Assembly: GCA_964483315.1 (NCBI GenBank)
Contig: CAZAAL010000002.1
Span: 72,689-136,688 of the forward strand
Direction: 5' to 3'
From: an uncultured Candidatus Saccharibacteria bacterium
GTDB taxonomy: Bacteria > Patescibacteriota > Saccharimonadia > Saccharimonadales > UBA10212
DNA: 64,000 nt
A program made the translations under genes and the position numbers. Shown here one piece after another: positions 58,661-64,000 of this stretch. Each line of letters begins with the position of its first letter. Position 1 is the first letter of the stretch. Under the pieces are notes generated by a model. That model had not been told where the DNA came from and made no database searches. It saw only the letters and a list, made by a program, of their open reading frames with translations.

Positions 58661-58713
58661 AAAATGCGCCCCATCTCAGGGGCGCTAGGACGGGAGCCAG
58701 ATTGCTCCCGTCC
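58661..58713 (-). terminator. Tandem GC-rich hairpin terminators after the GC-rich membrane-protein gene
   Basis: GGACGGGAGC-N6-GCTCCCGTCC (58688-58713) and GCGCCCC-N6-GGGGCGC (58666-58685), followed on the minus strand by ATTTT. Confidence 0.6.
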
Positions 58714-58726
58714 TTATTGAGGGTTT

Positions 58727-59158
58727 TTACCCCCAGTCTGTCCACTCGAGGATCCACCACCCGATGGCGCAGATGAGTATCCCGGTAATGCCGATGAACT
58801 CCGTCACCATCCATGCAGTCGTGTTAGGCTCTTGGGCCTCATTTGCAGTGAAGCTGAGAGCGAGCATGCTGTTCAATCCGCTCCAGAAGATCGTCATGCC
58901 GATGAAGAACCCCCAGGCTTTAAGGGTGCTCACCGTAGCCACACCTTGCCTGTATTTGACGTGGTAGGTGTTGGACTCCCATTCCAGGGAGTGATACCCG
59001 ACCCGGGTCTCTCTCGGCTGACTATAGCTGTCCCAGCGAGCCTTATAGCGTCGCTTCAGCTTGATGCTGTAGTAGAGCCAGGCGATGAGCGCGAACAGCG
59101 GTGGGAACACCAACGCCACACCCACGACTACAGCGTAAAAGATAGCTACCGTCTGCAT
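58727..59158 (-). CDS. GC-rich 144-aa membrane protein (3-4 TM), foreign composition
   Basis: Start MQTVAIFYAVVVGVALVF with SD AAGGAG 6 nt upstream. ~57% GC in a ~33% GC neighbourhood. The track start at 59215 is unlikely. Confidence 0.6.
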   Translation of the reverse strand: MQTVAIFYAVVVGVALVFPPLFALIAWLYYSIKLKRRYKARWDSYSQPRETRVGYHSLEWESNTYHVKYRQGVATVSTLKAWGFFIGMTIFWSGLNSMLALSFTANEAQEPNTTAWMVTEFIGITGILICAIGWWILEWTDWG

Positions 59159-59280
59159 CTCGACTCCTTTTGTGGTGCATCTTTGACATTGCCAAAAACT
59201 AGAAATATTGTGCACTAAAAAATATAATTTGCAAGCTCAAGCATCTCTTCAGATATAAAAGAATACTCGTTATGGTTTTA

Positions 59281-59820
59281 CTAAAGTGGTTTGGCGTGGT
59301 TGATAAGTTTGTGTCTTATGTCTAGAAAACTTGAAATGTCATCTGAGTCTTTATAGTAAAAGGTTTGAGTTTGCATTTTACCCATATCGTCATAACTATT
59401 TATAGCTACGGTTGTTTCATCAAAAATCATTAAGTCGCCCTTTGGTAATTTAATGTCATCTACATCTAATTTGTTTATTATGTAAACTTTCTCTTTGCAG
59501 AGTGGAATATTTATAACTTTATAATGCTCAAATTCCCACTCAAGATATTTGGTTAATGGATAGTCAACTACGTGTAGTCTGATAAGTTCCACGCCGTTAT
59601 CGCTTAAGCTTTGACACGACTTTATCCAGTCTTTACTGACCAGATCTTTCATTAATTTTCTACTTAATGATTTATCACCTTTAAGCCAAGCATCTAATGA
59701 TGGCCCTGTATCTTCGCCTGAGTAATCTTGGAGAACCTCAAGCTTAAACCACTCACTTTTTAAAGAATCCCAATGTTTTTCAAACTCTTTAAAGCTTTCA
59801 TCTCGACCAAAAACCTTCAT
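59281..59820 (-). CDS. Hypothetical protein (179 aa); vague resemblance to DUF6879-type proteins, unverified
   Basis: ATG 6 nt downstream of TATGCT (rc of 59827-59832). Trp/Glu-rich segments WFKLEVLQDY and YLEWEFEHY. Confidence 0.5.
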   Translation of the reverse strand: MKVFGRDESFKEFEKHWDSLKSEWFKLEVLQDYSGEDTGPSLDAWLKGDKSLSRKLMKDLVSKDWIKSCQSLSDNGVELIRLHVVDYPLTKYLEWEFEHYKVINIPLCKEKVYIINKLDVDDIKLPKGDLMIFDETTVAINSYDDMGKMQTQTFYYKDSDDISSFLDIRHKLINHAKPL

Positions 59821-59872
59821 AACAAAAGCATACTCCTAAAAATGGCGATGTTATTGGGCGATTTGTAAAGTT

Positions 59873-60175
59873 CTAATAACCCAATGTACTTAATTTATCC
59901 GCATTTTCATGTAATAGCGCTGATTTTTTTACAAGTTTACGCCTTTTTAGTTCAGCGGCTACAGTTGCGCTTATAGCAAGCCCGAACCCTGCTATATTAA
60001 ACTGTAGTTGCTCTACTGGTGGCAACGTATTGATGTTATCGGCAAAATTTGCAAGAGCCGTAGCCCCAATAAGTGAAACTCCCACTACATTACGAATATC
60101 GCGGTATCCTTTGGCCTCTTCGCAAGCTTCTTCTGCCTGAAACCTTCTGAATTCTGAAAGCGTTGAATAATCCAT
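59873..60175 (-). CDS. Hypothetical 2-TM protein (100 aa), leaderless unit
   Basis: ATG 8 nt downstream of GGGGTATAAT (rc of 60184-60193). Confidence 0.45.
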   Translation of the reverse strand: MDYSTLSEFRRFQAEEACEEAKGYRDIRNVVGVSLIGATALANFADNINTLPPVEQLQFNIAGFGLAISATVAAELKRRKLVKKSALLHENADKLSTLGY

Positions 60176-60220
60176 TAAGCAAGATTATACCCCCACTAGT
60201 AACAAATATTTAATTTTAGT

Positions 60221-60478
60221 TTATTTTTTTATAGATTTGTAACTAAAAATTAACACTATCATAACGCTTATAAGCCAAGTAAAAGTCGTTAACGCTAAAA
60301 CAAACGGCAGGCCAATAGGTGCACCTACAATACAGTTCGACTCATCAACTTGCGACTGTGAGTAGTTGTCGGGGCATTGTTCGGGCTGGTTTAATAAAAT
60401 AACCAATAATAACAAGTACAAAATTGTTAGGATAAATAATACCAGCTTTGTTTTTGTGCCAAATTTTTTTGCAACCAT
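60221..60478 (-). CDS. Hypothetical small membrane protein (85 aa)
   Basis: Two hydrophobic helices flank a Cys-containing loop. Confidence 0.45.
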   Translation of the reverse strand: MVAKKFGTKTKLVLFILTILYLLLLVILLNQPEQCPDNYSQSQVDESNCIVGAPIGLPFVLALTTFTWLISVMIVLIFSYKSIKK

Positions 60479-60554
60479 TTAGTTATTTTAGCAGGAATAA
60501 GTTAGCATTATCTAAATTGATAAAATAATACACTTATGCTATAATATATCTGTA

Positions 60555-61130
60555 ATGAGGCGGAGTTTGCGAGTACATAGCAAATTTTTATTTGCATTGC
60601 TTAGCGGGATAATATTATTTATCCCGGCTTATATTTGGATTCCGGTGTTTGCAGGCGACGCAAGCCAGCCAAAAGTTGCTGGCTACTTTGCAGTTGCACC
60701 ATCTACCGAACTTGCACAAAGCAAAACTAACATCGATTTAAGCGAACTTTTAACCCAAACCAACCAAGAACGAGCTAGTGTGGGCGTTGGACCACTCTCT
60801 CCAGATCAGAACCTTTACTTATCGGCTAACGCTAAGTGTAATGATATGGTTTTAAATCATTATTGGGGTCATTATTCACCTAGTGGCCAAAGTGGGCTTA
60901 GTTTTATTGAGTCAATATATCCAAAGTATGCAAAAATTAGCGAAAATTTAGCTGCTGGGTTCAATAACTCAACAGAAGTTGTGGCCGGTTGGATGCAAAG
61001 TCCAAGCCATAAAAAAGCTCTTCTAGATAGTTCGTACCAATATGTTGGTTTTAGCGTTTGCGAGGGTGATATTGGCGATGGCAATGGTAGTAGCCTAGCT
61101 GTGGTTCAACACTTTATGGCGGTAAGATAA
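60555..61130 (+). CDS. Secreted CAP/SCP (PR-1, YkwD-like) domain protein
   Basis: Signal anchor, then NQERASVGVGPL, HYWGHYSP, ENLAAGF, VAGWMQSPSHKKALL, YVGFSV. Confidence 0.75.
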   Translation: MRRSLRVHSKFLFALLSGIILFIPAYIWIPVFAGDASQPKVAGYFAVAPSTELAQSKTNIDLSELLTQTNQERASVGVGPLSPDQNLYLSANAKCNDMVLNHYWGHYSPSGQSGLSFIESIYPKYAKISENLAAGFNNSTEVVAGWMQSPSHKKALLDSSYQYVGFSVCEGDIGDGNGSSLAVVQHFMAVR

Positions 61131-61342
61131 TGCTAGAAACTAAAGAAAAACAAATTGCCTATGCGCTTCGCGGTAAAGAAATTGCTGAGCTTGAAACTAG
61201 TTTATGGAATAACTTAACGGCAGAACAAAGAACTCTTAGAGCATATTTAAGTTGTCATAAGGTAGCTGTATACTGTGTTGATACAGACGAGGTAGATAAG
61301 GCCGAACAGATATTAAATGATAATCTAACGCTAGAGGGATAA
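61130..61342 (+). CDS. Hypothetical protein (70 aa)
   Basis: TAATG overlap with the upstream CAP gene. Confidence 0.4.
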   Translation: MLETKEKQIAYALRGKEIAELETSLWNNLTAEQRTLRAYLSCHKVAVYCVDTDEVDKAEQILNDNLTLEG

Positions 61343-61349
61343 GTTAATA

Positions 61350-61703
61350 ATGTCGATAGAATCGCACGCAATTAAAGCCAATTTTGCTACTGTAACGAAA
61401 AACTTACGTCGAGCTATTCCAGTAGGCTGTGAGGGGTGTAAAACGCCTAATAAAGTAGCAGAGGAACTTCCGAAAAGGGCCGCAACATTAGGGATCGAAC
61501 TACAATATTTAATTGAACCTTCAGCAGAAGTATTCGGAGAATGTCAGGACGGCCAAATTGAACTTGATTACCCAGAATGCCAAGCTAGATGCTCAAACCC
61601 TAATCTAGACGTCGACAGCCCTGTATTATTAAGTGAACAAATGATTGTAAGAATTTTAGATAAAGCTGATTGGGCACAAAATCACGGTAAAGGAGACATG
61701 TAG
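61350..61703 (+). CDS. Hypothetical Cys-containing protein (117 aa)
   Basis: CEGC, ECQDG and ECQARC motifs. Tightly packed with its neighbours. Confidence 0.45.
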   Translation: MSIESHAIKANFATVTKNLRRAIPVGCEGCKTPNKVAEELPKRAATLGIELQYLIEPSAEVFGECQDGQIELDYPECQARCSNPNLDVDSPVLLSEQMIVRILDKADWAQNHGKGDM

Positions 61704-62009
61704 ATGGGTCAATTATCGGAACAAGGCAAAATGACAGACGAGATTATGCGTGATGTGCAAGAGCGTTGCAAAGAATGCCCACAAGCACGGCTTACGGCTT
61801 TGTTTATGGCCGAAAAAGTTTTAGCAGGTGAGGTAACACTTGAGCAATGCATAGAAACACACGCCCGAGAAATTGCTGATAATTGTAATGGCGGGAAAAA
61901 ACTGCAAGACGGCAGTACAAAGTGTATTAAAGGTTTAAAAACTGGTCCTCTGCCGCCACCTCATATAAGGGATGAATTAAACATATGGGAGGATACGACT
62001 TATGCGTAG
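61704..62009 (+). CDS. Hypothetical Cys-containing protein (101 aa)
   Basis: The ATG directly abuts the previous stop. CKEC and other Cys residues. Confidence 0.45.
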   Translation: MGQLSEQGKMTDEIMRDVQERCKECPQARLTALFMAEKVLAGEVTLEQCIETHAREIADNCNGGKKLQDGSTKCIKGLKTGPLPPPHIRDELNIWEDTTYA

Positions 62010-62391
62010 CGGACATGGCTGGAAGTGCGGAAATTTCGAAGACATCCCACCACTTAAAGACGGTTGGACACCTGGTTGGCACTCTGTGCGTCATCACATG
62101 GGCGTCACTGCTTTTGGGATTAATGCCGTAACTGCCCAAAAAGCTGGCGATTTGATTATAAAAGAACATGATGAGTCAGGCTCTAACCAGCAAGAGGTAT
62201 TTTTTGTGCATAGTGGTGAATGTGAATTCATGATTGATGGCGAAAAATGTATTGCCAAGGCTGGTACATTTGTTGCCATTGAGCCCGAATGCAAAAGAAG
62301 CGTGACGGCAATACAGGCTGGGAGCCAGTTAATCGTGATAGGCGCACCCAAAGACAAACAATATCAAGTTCCCAAGTGGGATACGCTTTAA
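62002..62391 (+). CDS. Cupin-domain protein
   Basis: EVFFVHSGECEFMIDGEKCIAKAGTFVAIEP is a cupin beta-barrel motif. 8-nt overlap with the upstream ORF. Confidence 0.6.
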   Translation: MRSGHGWKCGNFEDIPPLKDGWTPGWHSVRHHMGVTAFGINAVTAQKAGDLIIKEHDESGSNQQEVFFVHSGECEFMIDGEKCIAKAGTFVAIEPECKRSVTAIQAGSQLIVIGAPKDKQYQVPKWDTL

Positions 62392-62412
62392 ATATTTGCT
62401 ACAATAACGCTA

Positions 62413-62694
62413 ATGGCTAAAAAAAGGCGGGTTGGCGCCAAGACTACTCAAAAAGCAGAACTGGATAGTGTCTATTTACTAAAATTAGCGATTTATATGG
62501 TTTTAGGCTCGTTTTGGGTAAGAATCAACTTAGACTCGGGATTTGAGCTACCACTGCCAGTTGGTGCACTGATTGGCTTAATTTATGCAAGTCATGATCA
62601 TTTTGCGATAGACAGAAAAATTGAGTACGCCATACTTTTAGTGGCAATGTTTATTGGTTTTTGGCTGCCAATTGGCATGACAATTTCATTGTAG
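62413..62694 (+). CDS. Hypothetical small 3-TM membrane protein (93 aa)
   Basis: A basic N-terminus followed by three hydrophobic helices. Confidence 0.45.
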   Translation: MAKKRRVGAKTTQKAELDSVYLLKLAIYMVLGSFWVRINLDSGFELPLPVGALIGLIYASHDHFAIDRKIEYAILLVAMFIGFWLPIGMTISL

Positions 62695-62707
62695 AATTAT
62701 CAACATA

Positions 62708-62737
62708 TTGACAGATGTCAGCTTAACGTGGTAATCT
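62708..62737 (+). promoter_or_regulatory. Candidate promoter re-starting the S10 operon at rplC
   Basis: TTGACA (62708-62713), an 18-bp spacer, TG-G-TAATCT (62729-62737). A ~140-nt leader contains hairpin AATGCGT/ACGCATT. Confidence 0.4.
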
Positions 62738-62878
62738 GTTATTTGTATTAATTAATTCGGTGTACTTGGATCATCAGTAAGTCGCCATCTAACAGAGGTA
62801 GAAACTGCTTTTGACCAAGCTTTTTTAATGCGTGTCGCCTATCAATACGCATTAATTACCACTAAACAGCGAGGCTCA

Positions 62879-63487
62879 GTGAAAGCTCTATTAACTAGAA
62901 AACTTGGTATGACGACTATCATTAGTGACAACGGCACTGCAAGTGCTGTAACTTTGCTTTCTGCTGATCCAATTGTTGTTACTCAAGTTAAATCTACTGA
63001 TGTTGATGGTTACAACGCGATTCAAGTAGGCGCTGGAGAAGATAAAAAACCATCCAAAAGTCATGCTGGGCATGTCAAAGCTTCGGGCTCTGTTCCAAAA
63101 GTCCTTAAAGAGTTTAGGGTTGACGAACTTGGCGAGTTAAAAGTTGGCGACAAAATTACAGCTGAAAATTTTGAACTTGGTGATAGTGTCCATGTAACAG
63201 CTATATCCAAGGGTAAAGGCTGGGCCGGCACAATTAAACGACATAATTTTCATCGAGGCCGAAAAACCCATGGGGGTCAAAGTTACAGACGCCCTGGCTC
63301 TATCGGTTCGATGTATCCACAGCGTATATTCCCCGGTAAAAAGATGGCCGGCCAAATGGGCTACGAGCAAGTTACAGTCAAAAATCTTAAAATAGCCTTA
63401 ATTGACAACGAACTTAGCGTAATTGGTGTTTTTGGCGCTGTGCCTGGGCCTAAAAAAGGCTTAGTTGTTTTAAAGGGAGCTAAGTAA
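62879..63487 (+). CDS. rplC: 50S ribosomal protein L3
   Basis: GTG start giving VKALLTRKLGMTTI (the canonical L3 N-terminus), with SD GAGGCT upstream. KGKGWAGTIKRHNF. The track start at 62828 adds a non-homologous extension. Confidence 0.9.
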   Translation: MKALLTRKLGMTTIISDNGTASAVTLLSADPIVVTQVKSTDVDGYNAIQVGAGEDKKPSKSHAGHVKASGSVPKVLKEFRVDELGELKVGDKITAENFELGDSVHVTAISKGKGWAGTIKRHNFHRGRKTHGGQSYRRPGSIGSMYPQRIFPGKKMAGQMGYEQVTVKNLKIALIDNELSVIGVFGAVPGPKKGLVVLKGAK

Positions 63488-64000
63488 TGGCCACAGCTAC
63501 CTATACAAAATCAGGAACAAAGTCTACGACTCCCGCCAAGCTAGACGCAAAAGTGTTCGGCGTTGAAGTTAAAGACCATAATCTTATAAAGCAGGCTTAT
63601 ACAACATACTTAGCTAATGGTCGTGAAAACTTTGCCAAAACATTAAAAAGAGGCGAAGTCAGTGGTGGTGGTAAAAAACCATGGCGACAAAAAGGTACTG
63701 GTCGGGCTAGGTTCGGATCTTCAAGGAATCCAATCTGGCGAGGCGGTGGTATCGCTTTTGGCCCAACCGGAAACGAAAACTACTCAAAAAAACTAAATAC
63801 ACAGTCTAAAAAGCTAGCAATCAAGCAAGCTCTTTCGCTTACCAGCGGTAAGGTTATTGTTATCGAATCATTTGATATTAAATCTGCAAAAACCAAAGAT
63901 GCCTTGTCTTTACTTGAAAAAATTGGTGCCAAAGGTAATATTTTACTTGTTATTAGCTCTAAATCGCCAGAAGTCGTAAGAGCAACCAACAATCTTGAGA
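63487..64000 (+). CDS. rplD: 50S ribosomal protein L4 (3' end outside the window)
   Basis: TAATG overlap with rplC. Hand translation gives MATATYTKSG...GGGKKPWRQKGTGRARFGSSRNPIWRGGGIAFGP. The frame is open to the end of the window, so it is absent from the ORF track. Confidence 0.9.
   Translation, partial: MATATYTKSGTKSTTPAKLDAKVFGVEVKDHNLIKQAYTTYLANGRENFAKTLKRGEVSGGGKKPWRQKGTGRARFGSSRNPIWRGGGIAFGPTGNENYSKKLNTQSKKLAIKQALSLTSGKVIVIESFDIKSAKTKDALSLLEKIGAKGNILLVISSKSPEVVRATNNLE

Noticed and set aside
58626-59218. ORFs 58626-58814(-), 58764-58967(+) and 58832-59218(+), and the long track start (59215) of the GC-rich membrane gene
   Set aside because: These are shadow frames of the GC-rich cassette. 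The SD-supported ATG at 59158 and the terminators after 58727 define a single sensible gene.
62719-62727. CAGCTTAAC occurs at the right island boundary (inside the candidate rplC promoter) and in both ~200-bp repeats (54722-54730, 55432-55440), suggesting a target-site duplication
   Set aside because: A specific 9-mer is expected about 0.5 times by chance in 64 kb on both strands, and the flanking bases do not extend the match. The evidence is too weak to call an insertion footprint.
1-64000. Alternative genetic code (for example UGA recoding, as in some CPR lineages)
   Set aside because: All conserved genes translate full-length with code 11, and TGA is used as a genuine stop (for example at the cydA/downstream gene ATGA junction).

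Overview
The window reads as part of a compact, moderately AT-rich bacterial chromosome (about 40% GC by eye) that uses the standard code; TGA serves as a stop. The gene style is compatible with a Patescibacteria/CPR, possibly Saccharibacteria-like, genome: tight packing, a type IV pilin-like protein, a compact MetK and many small lineage-specific ORFs. That placement is inference only. Core genes: nusA (3' fragment), ABC-2 exporter pair, cytochrome bd-like oxidase, SAM-I riboswitch plus metK, clpC, radA, a class A PBP, tyrS, recG, rsmD, tRNA-Leu(UAG), hisS, tig, clpP, then rpoB-rpoC-rpsL-rpsG-fusA-tuf-rpsJ ... rplC-rplD. I saw no rRNA, CRISPR array, transposase or integrase. Points worth a second look: (1) The universally adjacent rpsJ and rplC are separated by an ~8 kb accessory island. 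It carries a NUDIX cassette flanked by near-identical ~200-bp repeats, a CAP12/PycTIR-type TIR-like protein with an unknown N-terminal domain, a run of small single-gene leaderless units, and one GC-rich foreign membrane-protein cassette. (2) Every other junction of the str/S10 cluster also holds tightly coupled unknown ORFs, and fabD sits between fusA and tuf. (3) A family of long hairpin intergenic elements has a conserved apex and covarying arms. (4) A ~1.4 kb high-GC block lies next to tRNA-Leu. (5) A diverged duplicate of the metK SAM-I leader sits in front of a Cys-rich small protein. (6) CIRCE operators are embedded in the clpC and clpP promoters. (7) Leaderless TATAAT-N6-8-start architecture is widespread. 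(8) An AT-rich BstNBI/AlwI-family type IIS R-M module is present. All functional calls rest on motif recognition by eye; no database search was run.
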